Origin: Candidatus Nanohaloarchaea archaeon
GTDB taxonomy: Archaea > Nanohalarchaeota > Nanosalinia > Nanosalinales > Nanosalinaceae
DNA length: 12,936 nt
Assembly (NCBI GenBank): GCA_047617745.1
Contig: JBLGBN010000022.1
Location: 1 to 12,936 of the forward strand
Direction: 5' to 3'
This document shows positions 1-7,488 of the stretch, piece after piece. The position numbers and the translations under genes were made by a program. The notes under the pieces are model-generated. The model had not been told where the DNA came from. It did no database searches and saw nothing but the letters and a program-made list of their open reading frames with translations. Position 1 is the stretch's first letter. Each line of letters begins with the position of its first letter.

Positions 1-212
1 GCGAAAAGTATCTTTACATCAAATCCTGCTTTCTGCATGTCCAGTGCTTTCCTGATTGAAAGCCAGTGTCCAAGGTGTAGCGGCCCGGAGGTCTCATATC
101 CGATATATGTTACTGGTGATTCTTTCTCTTCCAGAATTTCGTCAAGCTCTTCCTCCTGTATGATTTCAGTTGTGTTACGTAGAACCAGTTCTTTCCGCTC
201 TTCCTTGTTCAT
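1..212 (-). CDS. tyrS: Tyrosine--tRNA ligase, archaeal type (N-terminal ~70 aa; runs off the window's left edge)
   Basis: Not in the ORF track. Manual translation from ATG at 212 gives MNKEERKELVLRNTTEIIQEEELDEILEEKESPVTYIGYETSGPLHLGHWLSIRKALDMQKAGFDVKILFA. It has the RNTxEII start, YIGxExSG and the HIGH-type motif HLGH typical of archaeal TyrRS. Confidence 0.95.
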   Translation of the reverse strand, partial: MNKEERKELVLRNTTEIIQEEELDEILEEKESPVTYIGYETSGPLHLGHWLSIRKALDMQKAGFDVKILF

Positions 213-236
213 TGTCAAGGGATGGGTCTGTAACTG

Positions 237-250
237 TTAAAACTGTTTTT
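237..250 (-). promoter_or_regulatory. Putative BRE/TATA promoter of tyrS
   Basis: Minus strand reads AAAAACAGTTTTAA; TTTTAA lies 25-30 nt upstream of the ATG at 212. Confidence 0.55.
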
Positions 251-252
251 GC

Positions 253-645
253 TCATACTGTGTTTCTGGAGCGGTAAGGTGTATCTGTAGCGGTTAACCG
301 GCTGGAGTCGTCTAGCAGGTCATAGCTTTGAGCCTTGAGGACGACTTCCTCAATTTCTGCTTTCTTGCTCTCGATATCTTCTATTCTATCAGAATAATCG
401 GGATCTGTATCTTGTTCGAGGAGTTTTCTTGCTGATCTGTAGGTCTCCCTTACTTCAGGAGTGTTTATCTCCCACTTGCCTTTCATCCTCCTTTCAATAT
501 GTGTTTCGCTAGTTGTTGGAACTTCCTCGAGATCTTCCAGGGTGTCAACAACCGTTTTCAGCTCTGTGAGGCAGTAATCAAGGTTTCTATCCAGTTCTTG
601 GATATACTGAGGTTCGTCAAGATCACTCTCCTCTAAGCTATCCAT
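253..645 (-). CDS. Hypothetical acidic, probably helical protein (130 aa)
   Basis: ATG-started ORF filling the gap between tyrS and ybaK. It is D/E-rich like the neighbours and has a TATA-like AAAAACTTAAA (670-680) upstream. No family recognised. Confidence 0.8.
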   Translation of the reverse strand: MDSLEESDLDEPQYIQELDRNLDYCLTELKTVVDTLEDLEEVPTTSETHIERRMKGKWEINTPEVRETYRSARKLLEQDTDPDYSDRIEDIESKKAEIEEVVLKAQSYDLLDDSSRLTATDTPYRSRNTV

Positions 646-679
646 TGTGAAAAGATGTCGTGGCTATGCTTTAAGTTTT

Positions 680-1195
680 TCACACAAGGTCTGCGGTCTC
701 TGCCGCAACGGTTTCTCTCAGTTCTTCCGGGTCTAATGTGACTCCAACCACCCGGGAACCTGCAGCAGGTTTAACTGCCTGGTTTTCCAAAATTGTTTTC
801 TCCATTAAAACCTGTATATCCAGGTCGAAAGGTGATACCCCTCCTACAACATAACCTGTTTGCTCTTCGACTTCAGAAGGATTCGCCATACGGATATCTG
901 AGCCCAGTTTGTCTTCAAGTTTGCCCTCTGAAACTCTTTCGTCGCCAGGGCATAGAACTGCTACAAACTCTTCTCCGGCTTTGAATACAAGTGTTTTCAC
1001 GATCTTCTCTGTTTCTATTCCGACATTCTCGGCAGATTCTTCCGCAGTCTCTGATTTTGCATGAACCATGAAATCAACATCCAGGTCCTCCCTTTGACAC
1101 CAGTTTATAACCCTTCTGATGTTTTCCAGATCGTTCTCTATAAAGTCGAGAAACTGTTCGAGTTCCTCCGGTGATTGTGTGAATGCTTCGGTCAT
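680..1195 (-). CDS. YbaK/EbsC-family aminoacyl-tRNA deacylase (trans-editing domain)
   Basis: TAEESAENVG...IVKTLVF with the conserved Lys, RMANPSEVEEQTGYVVGGVSPF with the GxxxP loop, and AAGS. It has an acidic N-terminal extension of about 25 aa. The subfamily (YbaK vs ProXp types) cannot be determined. Confidence 0.92.
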   Translation of the reverse strand: MTEAFTQSPEELEQFLDFIENDLENIRRVINWCQREDLDVDFMVHAKSETAEESAENVGIETEKIVKTLVFKAGEEFVAVLCPGDERVSEGKLEDKLGSDIRMANPSEVEEQTGYVVGGVSPFDLDIQVLMEKTILENQAVKPAAGSRVVGVTLDPEELRETVAAETADLV

Positions 1196-1233
1196 CGCTA
1201 CCGTTAAATCATTCCCTGTACAGCTTTTTATCC
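1196..1233. promoter_or_regulatory. 38-bp divergent promoter region between the ybaK-family gene and rtcA
   Basis: TTAAAT (1204-1209, +) lies 25-30 nt before the rtcA ATG. TAAAAA (1225-1230, -) lies 30-35 nt before the ybaK ATG. A CTGTACAG palindrome sits at 1216-1223. Confidence 0.5.
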
Positions 1234-2250
1234 ATGATCGAGATCAATGGAGCGAAGGGTGGAGGTCAGATGCTGAGAACTGCGCTAGCACTATCGGTGA
1301 TAAGACAGGAAGATTTCAGGATAGAAAACATCAGAGGTAATAGATCTAATCCTGGTTTGAAGAACCAGCACCTGGAATGCGTGAAAGCAGCTCAAAGGAT
1401 CTCGGACGCGGAAGTTGAAGGCGATGAGATGGGTTCAGAGGAACTGGTTTTCCGGCCTGAAACTTTGGTTAGTGATCCGTTCACAGCGAATATTGGAACC
1501 GCAGGTAGCATAACACTGTTATACGACACTGTTTTGCCGATTACATCTCAGTTTGACTCTGGTTTTCGTTTAACTGCTAAAGGCGGGACCGATGTCAAGT
1601 GGTCGCCGACATTTAATTATCTGAAACATGTCAAACTACCTCTCGTCAGAGAATTCGGTTTTTCCGGGAAACTGGAGCTGGAGAAAACCGGTTACTACCC
1701 AGTCGGTGGAGGAGAAGCGACTCTAAGAACAGGTGAACATTCTCTACAGCCTGTTGAGTTAACCGGTAGAGGCGAGATAGTAAGATTTGAGATATACTCG
1801 AAAGCGTCTTCCGGGCTTGAAGATCAGGATGTTGCTGACCGTCAGGCTGATGAAGCCGCTAGAATACTGAAAAACTCTCATATTTCAGTTCCTCTGGAGA
1901 AAAACACTCTTTACGAAAAGACTGATTCAACCGGGTCATCGTTACTCGTCAAAGCGGTCTACGAGAATACAGTAGCTGGTTTCGACGTTCTCGGGGAGAG
2001 AGGTCAAAGATCAGAGGATGTTGCAAAGGAAGCGGTTCAAGATTTCAAGAGTTTTCACTCGAGTGAGGCTGCTGTTGATGAATACATGGCGGACCAGTTG
2101 ATCGTTTTCATGGCGATTGTCGGCGGAGAAATATCTGTACCGGAGATAACTTCTCACGTTGAAACCAATCTGGAGGTTGTGGAGAAGTTCGGAGTGGAAA
2201 CCGGATTTGAGCGGCGTAAAGACTCGGTTCTGGTGGAATGTTTCACGTAG
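1234..2250 (+). CDS. rtcA: RNA 3'-terminal phosphate cyclase
   Basis: MIEING..GGGQMLRTALALS, IRGNRSNPGLKNQH, GTAGSITL, GGTDVKWSP, GYYPVGGG, DEYMADQL and the catalytic His in ITSHVETN. Start moved from 1183 to the ATG at 1234, which matches the family N-terminus and removes the overlap with ybaK. Confidence 0.96.
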   Translation: MIEINGAKGGGQMLRTALALSVIRQEDFRIENIRGNRSNPGLKNQHLECVKAAQRISDAEVEGDEMGSEELVFRPETLVSDPFTANIGTAGSITLLYDTVLPITSQFDSGFRLTAKGGTDVKWSPTFNYLKHVKLPLVREFGFSGKLELEKTGYYPVGGGEATLRTGEHSLQPVELTGRGEIVRFEIYSKASSGLEDQDVADRQADEAARILKNSHISVPLEKNTLYEKTDSTGSSLLVKAVYENTVAGFDVLGERGQRSEDVAKEAVQDFKSFHSSEAAVDEYMADQLIVFMAIVGGEISVPEITSHVETNLEVVEKFGVETGFERRKDSVLVECFT

Positions 2251-2285
2251 AGTGAAAAAGATTAAGAGGTATATTTTTAGATAAA

Positions 2286-2714
2286 ATGGGGGAATGGGAG
2301 GACGTTAGAGACTGGGAGATAGCCGAAGCAGTATCTGATCTTGGAAAGGATTCGTATGACGCTGTATGCCGTGACTTGTGGATGAAGAACGGCGTCAAAC
2401 TTGATTTCTTCAGGTACCGCAGTGAGAGCCGTGAAGTGGAGACACGTTTCTATCATTCTGAAGAAGCAGAGGTAGACAGGGAAGAGGTAATGAACGCGCT
2501 TGCTGAGGCGAGAGATTTCCTTGATGAAAACGGTTTTAGGACCAGAATGGCTATAACGACTCCTGAAAGCATTAGAAAGAGTTACGATGCCGAACTTGAA
2601 GGAAATTACTTTATAGACCCGGAATCTGAGGAAAAAACCATAAAGGCGGATATAGAATCTCTGTTGCCGGAATACGGTTTTTCAGGGCTGAAGCCTCTTG
2701 AATGGAAAGACTAA
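2286..2714 (+). CDS. Hypothetical protein (142 aa), probable catalytically degenerate paralog of the downstream PD-(D/E)XK protein
   Basis: ATG ORF with GAAAAAGATTAAG (2254-2266) upstream. Its C-terminal 29 aa align without gaps to the next protein with 11 identities. Confidence 0.75.
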   Translation: MGEWEDVRDWEIAEAVSDLGKDSYDAVCRDLWMKNGVKLDFFRYRSESREVETRFYHSEEAEVDREEVMNALAEARDFLDENGFRTRMAITTPESIRKSYDAELEGNYFIDPESEEKTIKADIESLLPEYGFSGLKPLEWKD

Positions 2715-2779
2715 AAAATGGAAGTTATCAAGAATAACATAAGGATGTTTGAAAACCCGGACAACCTTGTTAAAGGCGG

Positions 2780-3484
2780 TTGCGTTTGAAATCCGGGGTA
2801 TTTCTCGATAGTCAAGGAGGATACGATGGACGTGACAGGCACGATGTTCTAACCGATTTCAAATTACACGAATGGATTGTTGACGACCCTTACAGAGATG
2901 AAGTAGCTGGTCGGGAGGGTCTGGAACAAAAACTTTCTGACGATGAAATTTACCTTATTGAGAGAGATTATTACCATACACCGCAGAACGTCGACCCGCA
3001 TAAAGCCCATAAAGTAGGTGCTGGTGCGGATAATCAGGGACGGGCAGGAGATATTGACGTAGGGCGGATAGACCTTGAAACCGGTAAAATAACCCGTTTA
3101 GAGCTTAAATCGCCTGGCAGGATTCCTCCTGTTGAAAAACGTGCACAGCAGGAGGAGATGTACGATCTGGTAGAACATGGGGTTGGACAGAATGAGTATA
3201 TGCGGGAGCTACTTGACAATATAGAGCGAAACCAGGGAGTGGACATACCTTATTCATCCCGTGTTCTGGCATGGAACGATGTTGTTGAGGAGCCGATAGA
3301 GGATATCCACAGCATTCCAAACTATTCTGATGTAGGGGCTTATTTATGCACTCCTGAGGCGGAGAGAAAGGCTAGAGAATCTGATATTGTGTCAACTGTT
3401 GATAATGATCTGTTCAGAGGCTGGCTTTTCGGTGGTGATGACTCAATCCTTGAGAATATAGATCAGGCTCTGGAAGAAAATTAA
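2780..3484 (+). CDS. Putative PD-(D/E)XK (restriction endonuclease-like) nuclease; start uncertain (TTG 2780 or 2786, or frameshifted from ATG 2718/2745)
   Basis: E(RDY)...GDIDVGRIDLETGKITRLELKS...GQNEY follows the E...(P)D-x(10-15)-ExK...QxxxY-like layout. An in-frame TAA at 2771-2773 prevents simple upstream extension. Confidence 0.65.
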   Translation: MRLKSGVFLDSQGGYDGRDRHDVLTDFKLHEWIVDDPYRDEVAGREGLEQKLSDDEIYLIERDYYHTPQNVDPHKAHKVGAGADNQGRAGDIDVGRIDLETGKITRLELKSPGRIPPVEKRAQQEEMYDLVEHGVGQNEYMRELLDNIERNQGVDIPYSSRVLAWNDVVEEPIEDIHSIPNYSDVGAYLCTPEAERKARESDIVSTVDNDLFRGWLFGGDDSILENIDQALEEN

Positions 3485-3497
3485 GAGGAGTAAATAG

Positions 3498-3908
3498 TTA
3501 CTCGACTTCGATGTCCCAGTCCTCGTGATCTTCCTTGTCAGCTCTTACGGTTAGGACGCCGTCCTCGTATTCGGCACTGACTGATTCCGGATTTACCTCT
3601 GTCGGCCATGCAACTCTTCTCCGGTAGGTTCTGGAAGACCTCTCCTTTCTGATGTATTTCTCGTTCTCTTCTTTGATTTCCTCGCTGGATTCTGCGGAGA
3701 TTTCCAGTCCATCGCTGTCTGCTTTCAGGTTGATATCTTCTTTCTGGACGCCCGGCATGTCGGCACTGACCACTACTTCGCCGTTCTCTTCTTTCACGTT
3801 TACAGGCATGCTTCCTCTGAAATCTGCCATATCCTGGAACTGGTTGAACATTTTTTGCATGTGGTCGAAAACATCGTCGATACCGTCACGTCTGTCTAGC
3901 CTTCTCAT
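3498..3908 (-). CDS. Small heat-shock protein (Hsp20/alpha-crystallin family)
   Basis: PVNVKE...ADMPGVQKEDI...YIRKER...YRRRV..P..V....SAEYEDGVLTV. The likely start is ATG 3908, preceded by the SD-like AGGTG, rather than 3941. Confidence 0.95.
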   Translation of the reverse strand: MRRLDRRDGIDDVFDHMQKMFNQFQDMADFRGSMPVNVKEENGEVVVSADMPGVQKEDINLKADSDGLEISAESSEEIKEENEKYIRKERSSRTYRRRVAWPTEVNPESVSAEYEDGVLTVRADKEDHEDWDIEVE

Positions 3909-3950
3909 ATTTGAAACACCTGTTTTTGTATACGTCAACAAAACCTTTTA

Positions 3951-4169
3951 TCAGTTTTGACCATCCTTGAACTCTTCTCGCTCCGAAACCTCTTTCAGAA
4001 AACTTATCTGCTCGTGTACCTCTTCAAGGATTTCCTCAACCTGCTGCTGTTTCTCCCTAGTTGTAGAGGAGGCTTCATCCGACTTAGCCGATTCAAACTC
4101 ATCCTCCAGAAATTCAACTTCCTCCTCCAGTTCATCAACTATCTCCTGTTCAGGGGTTTCCTCTGCCAT
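3951..4169 (-). CDS. Small very acidic coiled-coil-like hypothetical protein (72 aa)
   Basis: MAEETPEQEIVDELEEEVEFLEDEFE... from ATG 4169, with TTTTAAT (4194-4200) 25-31 nt upstream. The ORF-track extension to 4220 would overlap the divergent gene. Confidence 0.7.
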   Translation of the reverse strand: MAEETPEQEIVDELEEEVEFLEDEFESAKSDEASSTTREKQQQVEEILEEVHEQISFLKEVSEREEFKDGQN

Positions 4170-4208
4170 AACAACCTTTTTCTTCTCGCTGTAATTAAAA
4201 CATGTTAT

Positions 4209-4415
4209 ATGAGGAAACAAAAAGTACTGGAGACAGCGCAGGAACTGGTTAAGAACGGTGAGAAGCCTTCTGTTATCAGGATATCACAGGAGCTGGATTT
4301 CGATCCAAACAGCGTTCACAGATGTCTGAACGCGCTGGAGAAAGAGAAAAAAGTGGAGACCTACTCAAAAGAGGTATTCGGAAACAGAATGAGAATGGTA
4401 GGTGTGAAAAGATGA
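4209..4415 (+). CDS. Winged helix-turn-helix protein (68 aa), first gene of the ABC operon
   Basis: MRKQKVLETAQELVKNGEKPSVIRISQELDFDPNSVHRCLNALEKEKKVETYSKEVFGNRMRMVGVKR shows an HTH plus wing pattern. Its TGA overlaps the next ATG (ATGA 4412-4415). The ORF-track start at 3957 is antisense to the previous gene. Confidence 0.85.
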   Translation: MRKQKVLETAQELVKNGEKPSVIRISQELDFDPNSVHRCLNALEKEKKVETYSKEVFGNRMRMVGVKR

Positions 4416-5083
4416 TAATAACTCTGGAAGACGTCAAGAAAACCTATGAAATGGGGGATACAACAGTTGAAGCGGTTTCAGAGGCAGAAGTCGAGATAGA
4501 GGAGGGCGAGTTCGTAGCAGTTATGGGGCCCTCCGGTTCCGGAAAATCAACCCTGATGAACATGATCGGGGCACTGGATAAACCCAGTTCTGGAGAGGTT
4601 GAAATTGCCGGGGAAAAAATCTCGGGTTTCGATGAAGATGACTTGGCTTTACTGAGAAGCAAGAGGATCGGTTTTGTTTTCCAGCAGTTCAACCTGATCC
4701 CTAGCATGAACGCAACGGAGAACGTCGCACTACCCATGCTCTTCCGCGGAATCGGGAAGAAGGAGAGAACAGAGAGAGCTGAAGAACTGCTTGAAAGAGT
4801 TGGATTAGGCGACAGAAAAGATTTCATGCCTTCGGAACTTTCCGGCGGTCAGAGACAGAGAGTGTCGATAGCCCGGTCACTCGCCAACGACCCGGATATC
4901 ATACTTGCGGACGAACCCACAGGAAACCTTGATACCGAGACCGGTGAAAACATTATGGAACTTCTAACCGAGCTTAACAATGAAGGAAAAACTATTGTCA
5001 TGGTGACACACGATGAAAATGACGCGGAGTATGCCGACAGGATAATAAACATCGTAGACGGAAAAGTGGGTGTGGAAGAATGA
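4412..5083 (+). CDS. ABC transporter ATP-binding protein, MacB/LolD/FtsE subfamily
   Basis: Walker A GPSGSGKST, Q-loop GFVFQQFNL, signature LSGGQRQR, Walker B ILADEPTGNLD and H-loop VTHD. Start placed at ATG 4412 (MIITLEDVKKTY). Confidence 0.97.
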   Translation: MIITLEDVKKTYEMGDTTVEAVSEAEVEIEEGEFVAVMGPSGSGKSTLMNMIGALDKPSSGEVEIAGEKISGFDEDDLALLRSKRIGFVFQQFNLIPSMNATENVALPMLFRGIGKKERTERAEELLERVGLGDRKDFMPSELSGGQRQRVSIARSLANDPDIILADEPTGNLDTETGENIMELLTELNNEGKTIVMVTHDENDAEYADRIINIVDGKVGVEE

Positions 5084-6261
5084 AAAAACTGGTTTTATTC
5101 TCAATTCTGGTTGTTCTCTCATCGATGGCTGCCGCACAGGGCGCCTCAACAAATCTGGAGCTAAACGTTACTAAGACTGAGCCAGTACCTTTACAGGCAG
5201 GAGAGTACGCGGATATATGGTTCAAGGTTACGAATACAGGGACCGCTGAAGCATCCGATGCAGAGATAGAGATAGTCGAGGAGTTTCCGTTCCACACAGA
5301 TGACAGGAAGAAAAGATGGGATTTCGGCAGTTTGAGTCCGAGCGAGGAGAGACATTTCCGGGCGAAGTTAAGAGTTGATGAAAACGCGGTTTTTGGAGAG
5401 AATGAGCTCAAGCTCAGAACTACTGCAGACGGCGGAGAAACAACTGTGACTAGATCCGTCCCGCTTGAGGTAAGAACTGATGATAGATCGCTTGTAATAA
5501 GCAATCTGGATTTCCCGGAAAGAGTACAGCCGGGAAGCTCATCCAAGATGAATATAACTCTGGAGAATCTGGCTAACTCACAGTTCAGAAATATTGATGT
5601 CAGCCTGGATGTAAGCAAGATACCTGTAGCCCCGAGAGAGACCAACAGAAAACGTATAACATCGATTGGGGAAAAAGGCAGGGAAGATATCAGCTTCACA
5701 CTCGACGTTGATGGAGACGCCGAGAACCAGCTGTACAAGATGCCTATAACAATCAAATACCAGAACCAGGCAGGCCAGGAGTTCACAGTTACAGAGACCA
5801 CAGGCGTGAATGTAGGAGGATACCCGAATATTGAAGTCGATATTGATTCCTCGGATATAAGATCGGCGGGTAGAGGAACTGTCACGTTCAGAATAATAAA
5901 CAAAGGCGAGGGCGAGGCAAGATTCGCAGAGATAAGCCTGGAGGAAACCAGCCAGTACGAGATACTTTCCGAGGACTCGATCTACCTGGGATCGATGATA
6001 GCCGACGACTACCAGACTGCGGAGTTCGAGCTCTACGTAAACCAAACCGATGAGAAGCTTGAGATGCCTGTAGAAGTCACGTATCAGGACGGCGAGGGTG
6101 ATCAGAGCGCACAGTTCAATGTGGAAAGAGAGCTCTACACTGCCGGAGAACTTGATAGGTACGGTCTAACACAGAACAGTTCCGGCTGGATAGCGATTCC
6201 TGTCCTCCTTGTGGTTCTTGGCGGAGGCTATTATCTCTGGAGAAGAAAGAAGAAGGAGTAA
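5080..6261 (+). CDS. COG1361-type (S-layer domain family) membrane-anchored surface protein with Ig-like repeats
   Basis: Signal peptide MKKLVLFSILVVLSSMAAA, three beta-rich units each with an 'x-x-N-x-G/A' turn (VTNTG, LENLA, IINKG), and a C-terminal TM helix followed by RRKKKE. Sequons NVT, NIT, NQT, NSS. Position between ATPase and permeases is typical of these archaeal operons; ATGA overlap at 5080. Confidence 0.82.
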   Translation: MKKLVLFSILVVLSSMAAAQGASTNLELNVTKTEPVPLQAGEYADIWFKVTNTGTAEASDAEIEIVEEFPFHTDDRKKRWDFGSLSPSEERHFRAKLRVDENAVFGENELKLRTTADGGETTVTRSVPLEVRTDDRSLVISNLDFPERVQPGSSSKMNITLENLANSQFRNIDVSLDVSKIPVAPRETNRKRITSIGEKGREDISFTLDVDGDAENQLYKMPITIKYQNQAGQEFTVTETTGVNVGGYPNIEVDIDSSDIRSAGRGTVTFRIINKGEGEARFAEISLEETSQYEILSEDSIYLGSMIADDYQTAEFELYVNQTDEKLEMPVEVTYQDGEGDQSAQFNVERELYTAGELDRYGLTQNSSGWIAIPVLLVVLGGGYYLWRRKKKE

Positions 6262-6267
6262 AGTACG

Positions 6268-7488
6268 ATGATCCTCGATCTCTTCGAGCTTTCCGGCAAG
6301 AATCTTCTGAGGAGAGGTAAGAGGTCGTGGCTGACAATAATAGGGATTGTAATAGGTATAACTGCGATAGTGGCGCTTTTCTCACTGAGTCAGGGACTTG
6401 AAGATTCGATAACACAGGAGTTTGAAGATCTCGGCGCCAATACCATCTATATTCTGCCAGGTTCAGGCGTTCAGGGTCTTTTCCAGGGCGGGATTGAGGG
6501 ATCTGCGGAGATAGGAGAGTCGGATCTCGAAACGGTGAGAAGATCACAGGGGGTTGGTGAGGCAGGTCCAATGATCTACGCGCAGTCGGTCGGCGAGTTC
6601 CAGGGCGAACAGCAACGTGTGCCTCTTATCGGTATACCAACTGATTCCTCACAGGAAATGATAATGGAAAGCAACGCCATGGAGGTGGAGGAGGGCAGGA
6701 ATCTGAGATCGAATGATAGGCTCTCCGCTCTGGCAGGATCAAACCTTAATTCGGGTAACATATTTGATCAGGAGGTAGGTCTTAGATCTCAGATAACTGT
6801 TAGAGATAATGATATCCGTGTGATAGGTATAATGGCTTCTTCGGGAGATCCAGAGTATGACAGATCGCTGGTGATGCCGATAGACTCTGTGAGGGATGTT
6901 CTTGGGGATGAGGACAGAACCGATTACATACTGGCAAGACCTCAGTCAGGTCAGAACCCTTCCGAGGTAGCGGATGAGATAGAGAGAAACCTGAGGCAGG
7001 AGAGAAACGTGAGAGAGGGGGAGGAGGACTTCACTGTTTCAACCGCCGATGATCTACTTGAGTCGTTCCTGAGTATTCTTGGACTGGTTCAGTACGTGGT
7101 TATAGGGATTGTATCGATCGCTCTGTTTGTTGGCGGACTGGGGATTATGAATACGATGTATATGTCGGTCAGTGAGAGAACTAAAGAAATAGGTATTATG
7201 AAGTCGCTGGGCGCTACCAGAAAACAGATACTTTCGATATACCTGATTGAATCTGGAGCGCTAGGTTTGATAGGGGGTGTGATAGGTGTGGCTGTCGGTC
7301 TGGGTATAAGCGAGGTGGCGTTCTACTTTGTCAGGCAGTACGCAAATATGCCGCTTTACCCTAACCGTTCGCTTGGCCTGATCGGGGGTGCGCTCTCTGT
7401 ATCTTTCGTTCTTGGTGTTGTATCCGGTTTTCTCCCGGCCAGAAAAGCTGCGAAGCTTGAACCTGTGGAGGCGATCAGGAAAGGATGA
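6268..7488 (+). CDS. ABC transporter permease, MacB/FtsX family (copy 1)
   Basis: RSWLTIIGIVIGITAIV (TM1), a large extracellular domain, GIMNTMYMSVSERTKEIGIMKSLGA and PARKAAKLEPVEAIR. Confidence 0.96.
   Translation: MILDLFELSGKNLLRRGKRSWLTIIGIVIGITAIVALFSLSQGLEDSITQEFEDLGANTIYILPGSGVQGLFQGGIEGSAEIGESDLETVRRSQGVGEAGPMIYAQSVGEFQGEQQRVPLIGIPTDSSQEMIMESNAMEVEEGRNLRSNDRLSALAGSNLNSGNIFDQEVGLRSQITVRDNDIRVIGIMASSGDPEYDRSLVMPIDSVRDVLGDEDRTDYILARPQSGQNPSEVADEIERNLRQERNVREGEEDFTVSTADDLLESFLSILGLVQYVVIGIVSIALFVGGLGIMNTMYMSVSERTKEIGIMKSLGATRKQILSIYLIESGALGLIGGVIGVAVGLGISEVAFYFVRQYANMPLYPNRSLGLIGGALSVSFVLGVVSGFLPARKAAKLEPVEAIRKG

Noticed and set aside
37..240. 67-aa + strand ORF with CPRC resembling a zinc knuckle
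   Set aside because: It is the antisense shadow of tyrS. The Ser-rich sequence comes from reverse-complemented Glu codons, and no properly spaced second CxxC is present.
1216..1223. CTGTACAG palindrome between ybaK and rtcA (and AGTTAAACT at 10704-10712 before the antitoxin)
   Set aside because: Too short to distinguish from chance without comparative data.
2816..2852. GGAGG followed by ATG at 2826
   Set aside because: This ATG is out of frame with the nuclease ORF and gives only 8 codons. GGAGGA is simply Gly-Gly in the main frame.
4998..5903. Long 301-aa antisense ORF (also 4444-4827, 5578-6045, 6116-6571, 8204-8554)
   Set aside because: These lie opposite well-supported ABC-operon genes, most have the S/F/L/V-rich composition expected of shadow frames, and none shows a recognisable motif.
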